Of a stretch of 64,000 bases of DNA, positions 45,253-55,721 are shown piece after piece (within the stretch, counting starts at the first letter, position 1; each line of letters begins with the position of its first letter). Both the position numbers and the translations under genes were made by a program. This stretch comes from a virus, in the IMG/VR virus record IMGVR_UViG_3300020057_000496, positions 1-64,000 of that record; one strand, 5' to 3'. Under the pieces are notes generated by a model. The model was not told the DNA's origin and did no database searches. It worked only from the letters and a program-made list of their open reading frames with translations.

Positions 45253-46131
45253 TTAGGCTTCGTACCAGTAGGAAAGAACGGGGTCCGCCTCGCATTCCGC
45301 CGGAGTGTTAAGTACGGCCTGCCACTTCCGAGCCGCCTGGGCGGTCCGTAAGTCCTCGTGGACCGGCTCGATATAGAGTGGCTGTTCCCCGGTCTGGAGC
45401 TTTGGGGACTGCTTCCGTAGCCATTTTAGGTCAACCCCGGCTATTGCCGACTTCAGAAGTTCGTAGGTGAGGGAAGTCGAAGGATCAGTCCAGACATTGA
45501 CGGTGACAGCGCCCAGAAGGTTGACAACGTGGTCCCAGCCGACGATCTCGCCGAAGGCGCGGCGGACTTCTGTGTCGGTGATCGCGGCGTAGTCCTCCTT
45601 GGTATACGACTTGGCGTCTTCCGCCATACGCTTCGAGATCCAGGTGCCGTGCCAAGCGTAGGCCATTTCCCCGTTCTCCCAGAGCACGGCGGGACCCCCG
45701 GCGGCGTGCGCGCGGCCTTCGTCGTCCATGCTTAACTTGGGCATCTTGATCACGATCGCCGCCTCGTCCAGCAGGATCATGCCCCACGCACACCGGATGA
45801 ATTCACGTAGGTTCCGGACGTGTTCGACATTGGGTCCCAGGTCAGTGCCGATGCGTTCAAGGAAGTCGTAGCAGGCGACCCACCCCGAATCGGGGATACC
45901 ACACCAGTCTATGCTGACCTGTTTCGCGCCGGTCAATTCGGTCGCTAGGTCTAGCGCGACCTGAGTGGACGGCACTACCTCGATACGCTCAGGGCAAGTA
46001 GCGCCGTACAGCGAATACGCGGACACTAGCCACGCCTTGACAGTATCCATGTCGAAGGGGTTAGGGTTGCGAATGAAATGGTGGTATTCCTGTACCATCT
46101 CGCCTATGAGGGCCTTGTGCTCGTCAGTCAT
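45253..46131 (-). CDS. DUF6745-like phage protein
   Basis: 'G..H...GPAV.W..G...YAWHG' and 'TEVRR'. Confidence 0.65.
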   Translation of the reverse strand: MTDEHKALIGEMVQEYHHFIRNPNPFDMDTVKAWLVSAYSLYGATCPERIEVVPSTQVALDLATELTGAKQVSIDWCGIPDSGWVACYDFLERIGTDLGPNVEHVRNLREFIRCAWGMILLDEAAIVIKMPKLSMDDEGRAHAAGGPAVLWENGEMAYAWHGTWISKRMAEDAKSYTKEDYAAITDTEVRRAFGEIVGWDHVVNLLGAVTVNVWTDPSTSLTYELLKSAIAGVDLKWLRKQSPKLQTGEQPLYIEPVHEDLRTAQAARKWQAVLNTPAECEADPVLSYWYEA

Positions 46132-46154
46132 TTTTTGATCCTCTCTCCGTCTAT

Positions 46155-46445
46155 TCAGTCTTCGACTGCGCGGTCCTGGCCATCGCCGCGCTCTCGTAAC
46201 GGGCGGACGGCGTAATCGCCGGGCTCCAGCGGAACGGCGTCGTGCCTACCGGCGTGCGCGAGGGAGGTTGGTACCGCGACGCGGAAGGAAGTAACCTCGC
46301 TGTCCTTCCGGAACTCACAGGCCCCAACGACCGTATGCGGCGCAGAAAGATGACCGGCGACCACCAGGTCAACGGCCGGCGTTAGATCGCCCGTGATCCT
46401 ACGACGCTCAACGACACAGTCGCCCTGTCGTGCGTAAACTTCCAT
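46155..46445 (-). CDS. His-rich beta protein commonly paired with DUF6745
   Basis: 'RQGD', 'GH...H' and 'L.H..H....L.PG.Y.VR..RE'. Confidence 0.6.
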   Translation of the reverse strand: MEVYARQGDCVVERRRITGDLTPAVDLVVAGHLSAPHTVVGACEFRKDSEVTSFRVAVPTSLAHAGRHDAVPLEPGDYAVRPLRERGDGQDRAVED

Positions 46446-47277
46446 TTTACTCTCCTTTAGGGAACCTGTCTAGGCCAATAGTGGTGGTTCGGCGTTACTT
46501 ACTTCATGCCCTGCCTTCATTACATGTATCGAAGTACGACACTTTATCAAGTGACCACCGTATAGGTCGGTAATGTCGCGGTAGCTCAAGTGGTTATAAA
46601 AGATGCGGTGTAGACACCTAGTCCCTTTGCTAGATGGTTATAGACTTCTAGATACACCCTTGCCGTCAATTGGTAGTGGCCGTACTGTACGGACATTTTT
46701 CTACTAACCGAGATAGCTGGAGTGATGAGCCGTCGCATTCAATTCGGATAACCCCGCAAAGGATAACCTTGTAAAAAAACGCGGGTGTCGTAACTGCCGA
46801 TTAAATTCATATAGATAGGCGGGCGCTACTAATGACGTTGCTTCGGTGAGTTTATGACGTATTTCAAGGGGAAAATCCGGAAAGTTCTCTACGGCAGATA
46901 GTCTATTCATGGTGGCACCTGCCCCATCTTAGGTATCGAAAGATGTCCAAGATAGTGATGGTTGCTTGCGAGAATAGGTGGTCCGTGTAAAATGGGGACT
47001 CGATTCCGTTGCCCGTAAGTATCTCCTTGAACCATGGTTTGCACCTGCTCCGATGCGTAAGGCGTTGCACTACCCGGCCTCGTTGTTGTCTCGCCAGTAT
47101 ATCTTCCGTATCGCCACGGACGCCTCCTCGCACGTGGTGATCGTGTTCTCGATGATTAAACGGTCGGCCGCCGTGTGAGTCCCTGACAGGGCGTGGTGTA
47201 GTGCGCTTGTTAGAACAGTCGCATTCCGGGCGAGGAGTGAGAATGCTTTCAGCAAGTCCTCGGACACAACAATAGGT

Positions 47278-47640
47278 TCAGACATTGCGGCAGTTCCCCC
47301 ATTGCTCTATTGAGCCGTCTATGCCGAGACGTAAGTACTCGACACGTAGAGATTGAGACACCTGCGCCGGTGTCCACTTATAGTTCGGTATCGAAGCACC
47401 GACACGGTATCGAAGCATCGACACCTCACCCTTGGCCGGCTCGTGTTCTAGAAATGTTCCTTCAACCAGTACGCGTCCATTACGCGGACGTAGCTTGGCG
47501 TCACGTAAGAGGACGACCGGAACACTGCCCAGTAACTCGTCCTTAACGTAGTCGGTGAGTACCCACAACTCACCCTTACGGCGGACCTTCACCCGTTGTC
47601 CCAGTAGCAAGTACGCACCCCTAGCTAATTGGCTCAGCAT
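47278..47640 (-). CDS. Hypothetical protein
   Basis: ORF with GGGG RBS. Confidence 0.45.
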   Translation of the reverse strand: MLSQLARGAYLLLGQRVKVRRKGELWVLTDYVKDELLGSVPVVLLRDAKLRPRNGRVLVEGTFLEHEPAKGEVSMLRYRVGASIPNYKWTPAQVSQSLRVEYLRLGIDGSIEQWGNCRNV

Positions 47641-47751
47641 ACCCTATACCCCCCCATGAAAACAGTCAAGGAGAATCTGTTTTTTCTGTAAAGACATGGA
47701 CTTACGCCGGTCGGAAAATGGACTGCCTGTTCTGGCGACCCCTGTGTACGA

Positions 47752-47991
47752 CTAACGCCGCGAACCCCGGCGGCGTGGTCGCCGGTGGACAGGTCGTCCC
47801 GGCGCGCCGGACGCGAATTTAGACATCTTCCCGCCGCGCCCGTGGCCGACATGGAAGCGCCCGCATTCCCGGCAGTGGTATGCTCGGACGTTTGTCTCGC
47901 CGGTCTGGCTACGCTTGAGTCGCATCGCAAGTACGTGCGCGTCGTCACGCGTGAGGAAAATTCGCTTACCGTCACAAATCAAGGTGTCCAT
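47752..47991 (-). CDS. Small zinc-binding phage protein ('C.GK..F....A...Y.C..CG.FH.G')
   Basis: Motif pattern. Confidence 0.55.
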   Translation of the reverse strand: MDTLICDGKRIFLTRDDAHVLAMRLKRSQTGETNVRAYHCRECGRFHVGHGRGGKMSKFASGAPGRPVHRRPRRRGSRR

Positions 47992-48074
47992 CCTTTTCGT
48001 GTACGGCGAGAAACATATCCGTGTACGTCAAGCTCCTAGAGCATCGCGAGCATTATTATTGAATATAGAACTCA

Positions 48075-48392
48075 TTACTGGCGGGAATAATGGTTCGTCC
48101 GCATCTCTTTAATTAGGCAATCGAAAGTACAAAGTTCAGAGACCTTACCAGTATCAACAAGTAGTCGATCAGACTTGAATTCAGTATCTTCAATGAATGG
48201 CGACTCGCCATACGCGACACAAATAGTAACATCACAGTCATAGTTAGAGAAGTACAGTGATTCAATGTCAGCTAGTTTACCAACGATCATTGGTCCATTC
48301 AAATACTTCCTGAGGGCAAACCATGAAACAAGTTGATTATCTGTCTCAGTTCTACCGCAACTATCGCACTTGTGAGCATCAATTTTAGCCAC
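48075..48392 (-). CDS. AT-rich hypothetical zinc-binding protein
   Basis: CDSCG...C...C; RBS AAGGAG. Confidence 0.5.
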   Translation of the reverse strand: MAKIDAHKCDSCGRTETDNQLVSWFALRKYLNGPMIVGKLADIESLYFSNYDCDVTICVAYGESPFIEDTEFKSDRLLVDTGKVSELCTFDCLIKEMRTNHYSRQ

Positions 48393-48686
48393 TAAGATTC
48401 TCCTTAAGTGGTTCAGTCAAAGGCTCAATACCATACAAATTACGGAGGACGTTCTCTGGCGAACCACCTGCTTCATTAAGAATATTCTTAGAAGCAGCTT
48501 TCTTAGTTTTATTACGGTTTACATCTCTAAGATCGTCCAAAAGAACCAACCACTTACCCTCTGAGCTATGGTATTAATGAGCCGAAAAATGGTCTGGATT
48601 ATCATAGTAAAAATCTAGTTTTTTGACTCCTGGTATCTCAAGTCTATCTACATACTCCTTGAACTTAAGATATCTCCGATCTTTAC

Positions 48687-49772
48687 CTACTCCGAACGGA
48701 AGATACTCCTTAGCTCTGCTTGGTACCTCACCTCGACATCTTCGCGGATAGGGTGTCCTTCGAACTTGACGGCCGACAGTCTAGGCAGGGCGGTTCGAAG
48801 AAAGGATGTCAATTGATTGTCGAGTACATATTCGTGTACGGCGAGAAACATATCCGTGTACGTCCTGGTTTGTTTCCAGCATGACAATAAATCGACTTCA
48901 GTGAAGTTCTCGGCGTGCTGGACCCATTCGGCAATAGTCTTGTAGCGCCCGATGTCCGACTTAGAATACCCCAGCCTAGTACCGAACGCCTCGATTGCCG
49001 CCCGATCCAGGAGAGACAAGAGGCAACCGATACGTACGTCGAGCGGTACCAGTGCTGCTGCGGCGACGGCCAGGAGCGGCAGTGCCCCATGAGTAACTTC
49101 CGGAAACCACCAACTCAGACAGTCGGCGTCATGAAGGGACAAGAAGAATTCACTTGCCCCACGCGCCGTCATCGCCCGGTGGAATTCTTCACGCACTCGT
49201 TCGTGCGACAACAGCGGCAACTCCGGCGATGTCCGGCGCATCATCCGGACAGTATCCGGGTGAATCCGGTAGCCGAACGACGCAGCGAACCTGGCGGCGC
49301 GAATGGTCCGGAGTGGGTCCTCCGCGAATGCGTCCGACGTATGCCGGATTAGTCGAGCCTTGATGTCAAGCTCCGCATTGTGTGGGTCAATCAGTCCGTC
49401 ACTCGGGTGATATGCCGCCGAGTTTATGGTCAGGTCGCGTCGGAAGAGATCGGTTCCGAGATCCGCCGCCGGATACCACGCAAAGCCGTGATAGCCTTGG
49501 CCCTGCTTCTTCTCCCCCCGCGCAAGTGCGATCTGGACGCCAGGGAAGCGAGGGTGTTCGAATACGGGGAAATCCGCCTTGATCGGCGTACACCCGGCAG
49601 CCAGTAGATGGTCCAGTCCTCCGACAACCACAGTGTCAATGTCTTTTATCGAACCAACTTCTTCGCCGTTAAGTGCCCGGACAGTATCCCGGACCGCGCC
49701 GCCGACTACGTATACCTTGAGACGGAGGAATACCTCAAGGTCGCGGATGAGTGAATCGAATTGAGTGAACAG
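48687..49772 (-). CDS. tRNA nucleotidyltransferase (CCA-adding)/poly(A) polymerase family, probable CTG start
   Basis: In-frame upstream extension contains 'VYVVGGAVRD...KDIDTVV'; also 'DL.RRDLTINS', 'F.EDPLR.IRAARF' and 'ERV..E'. Confidence 0.88.
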   Translation of the reverse strand: MFTQFDSLIRDLEVFLRLKVYVVGGAVRDTVRALNGEEVGSIKDIDTVVVGGLDHLLAAGCTPIKADFPVFEHPRFPGVQIALARGEKKQGQGYHGFAWYPAADLGTDLFRRDLTINSAAYHPSDGLIDPHNAELDIKARLIRHTSDAFAEDPLRTIRAARFAASFGYRIHPDTVRMMRRTSPELPLLSHERVREEFHRAMTARGASEFFLSLHDADCLSWWFPEVTHGALPLLAVAAAALVPLDVRIGCLLSLLDRAAIEAFGTRLGYSKSDIGRYKTIAEWVQHAENFTEVDLLSCWKQTRTYTDMFLAVHEYVLDNQLTSFLRTALPRLSAVKFEGHPIREDVEVRYQAELRSIFRSE

Positions 49773-50004
49773 CTTAGCCCCCTGTCTCGCGGACTATCTC
49801 CGTAGAGAATGGTCAGTAAGGTACTGGCTAAACAGGTCGTGATGCGTACCCCTGGACCTGCATCTCAGGCAAATCGCACTTACGCCCGTACCGATTAGGG
49901 TTGTGCGGACTTCGTACGCGATTCCATTACCGTAAGACTCCTCGCCGTCGTGGTGGTCCTTGAGGTGTCTCTTGTTCCATTCAACGAAGACGGCCTGCTC
50001 GTGT

Positions 50005-50481
50005 TTACTTAAATCGAACGTCACTGGCACTCCGGGCTTGTTCGGCGAGTCGTTCGCAGCTCCGGTGGACGTACGCCAGGTCCTTGTAACCGGCCTCCGG
50101 AAACACGCTCAGGGCGGGCATGCCCGGTGCAAAATCTCCGCCATGGGCTGTGTCGAACCCTAGCCACCAAAAATCGTCGGACTCGCCAGGTTCGGGGACG
50201 TGACAGACGCCGATGTCGGGCCGACACTTATCGGTGTACGTGACCCCTCCATGGACACTTGCGTCAAGACTGTCCTGTTCGTCTTCGCCGTACGCGCCGC
50301 GCCCGTGCCAGGGGTGCAGCGGGGGGACCCCGACGTACCCACACCACGCCCCGATGCCATTCCGGCGTGCGATACAAGGGTAGCCAGTCGGGCTACGCCA
50401 TACCTCGTAGTCTGGCTCCTTGTCCCACTGTCCGGACGGCCATCCGGTGCGGTCAATCACTGGTCGCTTAATTTCTTCCAT
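50005..50481 (-). CDS. Conserved hypothetical phage protein
   Basis: 'G.WCGYV.VP..HP', 'VHGG.TY' and 'WW.GFD.AH..D'. Confidence 0.65.
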   Translation of the reverse strand: MEEIKRPVIDRTGWPSGQWDKEPDYEVWRSPTGYPCIARRNGIGAWCGYVGVPPLHPWHGRGAYGEDEQDSLDASVHGGVTYTDKCRPDIGVCHVPEPGESDDFWWLGFDTAHGGDFAPGMPALSVFPEAGYKDLAYVHRSCERLAEQARSASDVRFK

Positions 50482-50789
50482 TGCGTTTGTCCCTATGCTT
50501 CCAGGGCGGCGTCGAGGTTGACGTAGTCAATGTCTATTTCTTCACTCAGTGAGTCAATCAATTCAAGTACGGCCTGGCCGGCGTCACCCTCTTGCCATGT
50601 TTCCGACTTGTCGTCGTGCTGCGACTGTAAGTCTTCAGCCAGGGCTGTACAGAACTTGTTCGCCGCACTAATGGCAGTGCGGAGTGCGTCTTTGAGGTTT
50701 TGCGCTTCGTCCTTCTGGCTCTTCGTGATCTTCATGTTTTCTCCTTTTGCTCCGGTGATTCGGAGCGGCCTCGATTACCTTAGACCAGA

Positions 50790-51992
50790 TTACTGATTAA
50801 CCCAGTGGTTGACTAGTCGGCTCGTTAGCTCTGGCGTTACGAAGGGTCCCTGTGCGCGGAACTCCTGCTCGCCGTCCTGGAACATCAAGTCTCCCTTACC
50901 CATGAGGTTTTCCGCGCCGGTCCTGTCCAGGATGACCCCACTTGCAGATGTGGTTCGTACTCTGAAAGCGATCTGCGCCGGGAAGTTCGACGTGATCGTG
51001 GTGCTGATCACTTCCGCCTTCGGGTGCTGTGTGCATAGCACCAGGTGAATCCCGGCTGCTCTCGCCTTCTGGCCTAGCCGTGCGACGTGTACCTTCGCAC
51101 GCTTGTCTTGCGCGACTAGGTCGGCGTACTCGTCGATGAACACGACGATAGGGTAAATGCGTTCCCTTGCTTGCTGTGGCGACACGTCAACTACTGACGG
51201 TGCCTTCGCCTGGTTCCACTGCTCGACCGACTGGTAGCCAGCTTTCTGTAGCCAGGCGTACCGATGGTCCATGAGCTTACACATGCCCTCAAGTACGGCG
51301 ACGGCCTGTGGGATTTCGTCCACTACCGGATGAAGCAAGAACGGCAGCTTCTTGTACTGGCCGTACTCCACTCGTTTCGGATCGATCATTACTAACTTCG
51401 TCACGCTCGGGTTATGCGCTGCCATGAGGCAGGCAATCATGTTATTTACCCAGACCGACTTGCCGCTGCCCGTTTGGCCTGCAACCAAGATGTGCGGGTG
51501 CTTAGTCAAGTCGGCAATTCGTACCTGTCCGTGTGAATCCAGTCCAACGATGTACGGCACCTGGAGCTTGCTGTATGCGGCTTCCAGCGCCGGCAGGCAT
51601 GCCGCGAAGTCTACGGATGTGCGTTCCTTGTTCGGGATGATTAGTTCGTCGTTGTCTACCAGTACGTTGAACGGCACTCCGAGTCGCACGGCAATGTCCG
51701 TTGCGCGAGACGGAAGCAGGCTAATTCGCGTGCTGCCGAGAGGGCTCAGCTTATAGCTAGTAGTCACCGGGCCGTTACTGACTGACGTGACGGTACACGG
51801 TAGTCGTAGCTCTGCTAGTGTCGCCTCGACAAGTGCTGTCGGGAGTGAGCCGATACACTGCGGAAGATGGACGAACTCGAATTCCGGCGCTCGCCATTGC
51901 TTGATATGCTCACGGTCGAGCAAGCCAGTGAACGCGGCCTTGATTTTTGAAAACACACCCTCTCCTTTGCTCGGGATTACGAGAACAGCCAT
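50790..51992 (-). CDS. FtsK/SpoIIIE-family ATPase
   Basis: 'PHILVAGQTGSGKS', 'MIDPKRVE', 'FIDEYADL', 'ARAAGIHLVLCTQ.P' and 'GAENL.GKGD'. Confidence 0.92.
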   Translation of the reverse strand: MAVLVIPSKGEGVFSKIKAAFTGLLDREHIKQWRAPEFEFVHLPQCIGSLPTALVEATLAELRLPCTVTSVSNGPVTTSYKLSPLGSTRISLLPSRATDIAVRLGVPFNVLVDNDELIIPNKERTSVDFAACLPALEAAYSKLQVPYIVGLDSHGQVRIADLTKHPHILVAGQTGSGKSVWVNNMIACLMAAHNPSVTKLVMIDPKRVEYGQYKKLPFLLHPVVDEIPQAVAVLEGMCKLMDHRYAWLQKAGYQSVEQWNQAKAPSVVDVSPQQARERIYPIVVFIDEYADLVAQDKRAKVHVARLGQKARAAGIHLVLCTQHPKAEVISTTITSNFPAQIAFRVRTTSASGVILDRTGAENLMGKGDLMFQDGEQEFRAQGPFVTPELTSRLVNHWVNQ

Positions 51993-52347
51993 GCGAGAAA
52001 GAGAACTATGACGACAAACGACAGCCAGGGGGTACCCTTGCCATCGTCGTCACCGGGTCCGAGCCATGCTGGATTCATCACGGTAACAGTGAGACCAGCA
52101 GTAGCACGAGTGCTACGGCAATCGCGCCGTAACAGAATCCATTCAGTATCTTTTCGAACCGTTCCTGGTTCACGTTCCCCCCTTACAGAACTTGTTATGT
52201 TGCCAAAGCGAGTGACAGCCCGTGACATAGGCTAGACACTTTTGGCACAGGTATTTCCTTGCGTGCTCGGGTATCTCCCGTATCGGTTCGTCCGAGTGGC
52301 GCTGTCTGACAGGAAAGTCGTGACGTAGCGACTCTAGTTTGTCCGAG

Positions 52348-52848
52348 TTAGGCACGGGGGTCACCTATGTCAGTTACGATCGACGAGTACTTAGGCCGCA
52401 CGAACGTGCCGTGCGGGAGAACTGGTGTCTGGTACGTATCAGCCCCCATCCGTGCAATCCAGGTTACCCCGTCCGTACCGATCGAGACAATCACCTGGTC
52501 AGGCTCGCATGTCATCATCGGATACATGTCGGAATGAATCAACACCGGCGTGTCCGTGAGTTGCCTCAGTAGATCCCTTGACACCGGGTCACTTGCCCCC
52601 GTTACGGTCTCGATGTCCGTGTCTAGGTAGTATACCAGATCCAGCGCCGGGTCGTCCGTGCGGTCCGCAAGGTACTTGTCCATGCGCTTGAGTAGCCGCC
52701 CTTCCGTCGTCAAGTCTACTCCGAGTTGGAAAGCGACGGGGTTACGAATGCGCGGGCTTGCCCCGCGTGTATACTGGTCCGCCCGGAGTAGGAGCGAACA
52801 GAATTCCTCCCGTCTGTCCGGCGGGTGGACCCTGATGATGTCTGCCAT
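52348..52848 (-). CDS. Hypothetical protein
   Basis: ORF with RBS. Confidence 0.5.
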   Translation of the reverse strand: MADIIRVHPPDRREEFCSLLLRADQYTRGASPRIRNPVAFQLGVDLTTEGRLLKRMDKYLADRTDDPALDLVYYLDTDIETVTGASDPVSRDLLRQLTDTPVLIHSDMYPMMTCEPDQVIVSIGTDGVTWIARMGADTYQTPVLPHGTFVRPKYSSIVTDIGDPRA

Positions 52849-52876
52849 TGTCGAACCTTTCCTGGCTTGGGTGGTC

Positions 52877-53944
52877 CTAGTTAGCGACGATCGCCAGGAG
52901 CTTCCCGGCGCGCTCTTCTAGGTTGTTACGTGAGTCGAGGTGAACGTAGTCTCGTGCCGATGCCGTGAGCCCCTGGATGAGATCCCAGAGAGTGGCGCAC
53001 TTGCCTTCTTCGTTCAGCGCGTAAGTGACGGCCTCTCGCGATTCCCCTTTCGTGAACTTGCCGTGTTCGTTCAAGAACATAAGTACGGCGTCGGAGTCGT
53101 CGGCCTTCGGCAGTACGTACTGCTGCGCCCGCCTGACGGTATCCGCCATCGTAGAGTCCTGTTGCTCGGCGATCCGCAGTAGCCCGTCTAGCGCTTCCCG
53201 CTGGAAGCGCTTGGGGCCGTACTTCGAATGACGGATCAAGACGGACTGGACATGCTGTGCCCCCCAGACAATGTGGTTCCCGCACACCGAGTTGAAGTAG
53301 AAGATAGTACAGCCGAACATGCGTGCCCCCGTCTCGGAGTTCCAGGTGAAGAAACCGCGATTCAGTTCGGCACGTGGGCCGACATCAAGTTGGGACCCAC
53401 CGTCGATCATGAAGATGAACACGTCGTGGTCGGAAGCGTAAAGGCCGTTACGGTTGTCGTCGTATGACTTTGGATTGTAGAACTTTCCGTCCGATCGCTT
53501 GACGGCCGTCTCGGCAAGCTCGACTACCTCGGCATCCCAGATACGTCCGTAGTTCGGGCCGTTGAACGAACGGATCTCGGTGTGGTCGTCGTACGCGCAG
53601 GAAAGAACCTGCACGTCCTGTTCGACAATTTCATTGGTTCGAAGAGAGTAATTAAGGTTCCGTGCGGCCAGTTCTGGGGGGAGCTTCCGCAAGTAACTGG
53701 CCGGGGCTCCCACCTGAGTGCAGAGTTGTCCGAAGGCGCTGAACGTCGGCACGGCGTGTCCGGCCTTGTTGGCGATAGTCAGTCCGCCGTGCTCGGGGAC
53801 CACCGAGAGGTTCCCGAAGGAACGAACGCTCTCGCGGGAGATCGCACGGCGGGAGGTGACGGCCGACTTGAGTGCGTCGAGCGTCGCGTAGCACTCGTCG
53901 TCCGGGCGGTTCGCCCAGTTCTTGTTGGCTTGCATCAGTTCCAT
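52877..53944 (-). CDS. DUF932-family protein
   Basis: 'W..RP.DE.Y', 'YGRIWD', 'LYASD.D.FIF', 'RGFF.WNSE.G' and 'VC.N..VWG'. Confidence 0.8.
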   Translation of the reverse strand: MELMQANKNWANRPDDECYATLDALKSAVTSRRAISRESVRSFGNLSVVPEHGGLTIANKAGHAVPTFSAFGQLCTQVGAPASYLRKLPPELAARNLNYSLRTNEIVEQDVQVLSCAYDDHTEIRSFNGPNYGRIWDAEVVELAETAVKRSDGKFYNPKSYDDNRNGLYASDHDVFIFMIDGGSQLDVGPRAELNRGFFTWNSETGARMFGCTIFYFNSVCGNHIVWGAQHVQSVLIRHSKYGPKRFQREALDGLLRIAEQQDSTMADTVRRAQQYVLPKADDSDAVLMFLNEHGKFTKGESREAVTYALNEEGKCATLWDLIQGLTASARDYVHLDSRNNLEERAGKLLAIVAN

Positions 53945-54014
53945 TGCGTTTTCCTTTCTTGATTGAGTCTTACTCAATCTTCTAGTTACGAACTTAGATT
54001 GACGCGTACTCGAA

Positions 54015-54734
54015 TTAGTCGCGTCGTCCCTTGCCGTTGTGGTCGCGGGTATAGCCACCCCAGCCTGCTTTCTTGAGCAAGGCAAATGCACGTCCCGCAG
54101 CGCTGCCTGCCTTTTGTCCCCCGTGAATAAGCAGGGCAAAATCGTGGTCCGCTGCGGCGGCGTGCGTGTCGTCGTGGTCGATCGGTAGGGCGGATTTCGT
54201 GTCGAGTACCACCCATGCGATGCTATAGCCGAGCTTACGTGCGCGGTCCGTTCCGTAGCGCGTGCCGTCCGACACGGTGATGCGGAGGTTATCGGGTAAT
54301 TTTGCTCGCTCGGGCAGCAGATGTACTGATTTGGTGTACGCATAGAACGTGACGGTCGGCCTAGCATGGGCGACGGCAATCCAGGCCGCAAGATAGGCAG
54401 GCGAGAAGAAATCGCCCGAGACGTGTAGGCGAATGCGCGTTGTTTTGTTCGGAATAGAGGCCAAGATAAGTCCCGTCATCGCATCGGTAGTCTTGGCTGA
54501 GCGGAGTAAGTTGAAATTGTTCCATCGTGAGTTTCTGACGGAAGGGTACATTTCCGCCGAGGCAGCAAAGCAGCGATAGGTTTGCGATGTCCCGTCCGTA
54601 ATCTTGCCAGTGTCCGGATCTGCCTTGGCAAGACATTCCAGCGCACCTGGGCAACTATGCCCAGCCGGAAGGGAGAAGGTGTAGGTCCGCTTGTCCAGCT
54701 TGGCATTACCCTTTCCGAATGTCAGCTTGTGCAT
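54015..54734 (-). CDS. GP88-like phage protein
   Basis: 'GNAKL...FSLPAG.SCPGA..C', 'RLHVSGDF' and 'FYAYTKS'. Confidence 0.8.
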   Translation of the reverse strand: MHKLTFGKGNAKLDKRTYTFSLPAGHSCPGALECLAKADPDTGKITDGTSQTYRCFAASAEMYPSVRNSRWNNFNLLRSAKTTDAMTGLILASIPNKTTRIRLHVSGDFFSPAYLAAWIAVAHARPTVTFYAYTKSVHLLPERAKLPDNLRITVSDGTRYGTDRARKLGYSIAWVVLDTKSALPIDHDDTHAAAADHDFALLIHGGQKAGSAAGRAFALLKKAGWGGYTRDHNGKGRRD

Positions 54735-55138
54735 GTTCCTCTCCTCCTATCACCGATAAGGCTATAGGGTCAAGGGGTCTTTCTTCCCCCCGGCTGGGGC
54801 CTTTTGGGGCCGAGAAATCCCTGACAATCCGCCTCCTTCCGGGTGTATTACTAGCCCGGTCGAGAGCGGAAGCTGGCTTACGAAGCGTACCTCTACTCGG
54901 TCGCCTTTTTGGTTTTCGAACAGGACCGTCCCGTCCGGTGCTACTTTCATCTGCCGAGCCGTGACGCGCCTCCATGCCCCGATCAAGGTTCGTATCGCCG
55001 CAACGGGTGTTACCACGAACACTTCTTTGGCGGCGGCGATCTTGCCGTGACGGTAGTGCGTGACATGCCACCGCGACGCAACTCCGGCGCTGGCCGTATT
55101 GCGTTTGCGGTATCGAGGTATCGATACCGTTCGTTCGT

Positions 55139-55675
55139 TCATTGGATACTAACCCGGTATTCCTCGCCACCTAGCTTGATTGAAAGCAGGCTAGTGAGCG
55201 CGTAGTCCCGCAGGATAATTTCCTTGTCCGTCTCCTGTGTCAGGGCCTGTTTCTTTTTGACAAGGTAAGACTTGATCTCGTCGAGCCTTTCTTCGTTCTC
55301 GACCAACTCGCCGTCCAGGTAGTAAAGCGGGGCCTCGACAGAACGCTCTACTTTTAGTTCGAGGTAGTACAGTTCCTTGTTCCGTACCAGTGGCGACCCC
55401 GGAATGCGCTCACCCCACTTGCGCGGCTGCGCGGCGAACGTCTCGGTGTGGCCTTCGCGTTCGCGCTGGTTATTGACCGAGTTCTGGTAAGACCAGCCGA
55501 TCATCCCGTTGACCCACGACCGCTTCTTGACCCGGAAGCATTTCTTGATTTTGTCGTAGAACGGATTGTCCGTCTTGTTCATGCTGGGGACCGTCTCGGT
55601 ACAAAGCGTGACGGGTTGCGCGCCGCGCCGCTCGTGTACCAGTTCCATGAATTCCGGTAGATTGACGACTCTCAT
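55139..55675 (-). CDS. Conserved hypothetical phage protein
   Basis: 'MNKT.NPF', 'Y.NSVNNQ..REG' and 'WGE'; RBS AGGAG. Confidence 0.65.
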   Translation of the reverse strand: MRVVNLPEFMELVHERRGAQPVTLCTETVPSMNKTDNPFYDKIKKCFRVKKRSWVNGMIGWSYQNSVNNQREREGHTETFAAQPRKWGERIPGSPLVRNKELYYLELKVERSVEAPLYYLDGELVENEERLDEIKSYLVKKKQALTQETDKEIILRDYALTSLLSIKLGGEEYRVSIQ

Positions 55676-55721
55676 CTTACTCTCCTCTTTCTTAATGGTC
55701 CATGTTCGATTGCATGTTCGA

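Noticed and set aside
49794-49796. Genome-wide TAG recoding
   Set aside because: Long structural and enzyme genes are uninterrupted in the standard code, and many end properly at TAG.
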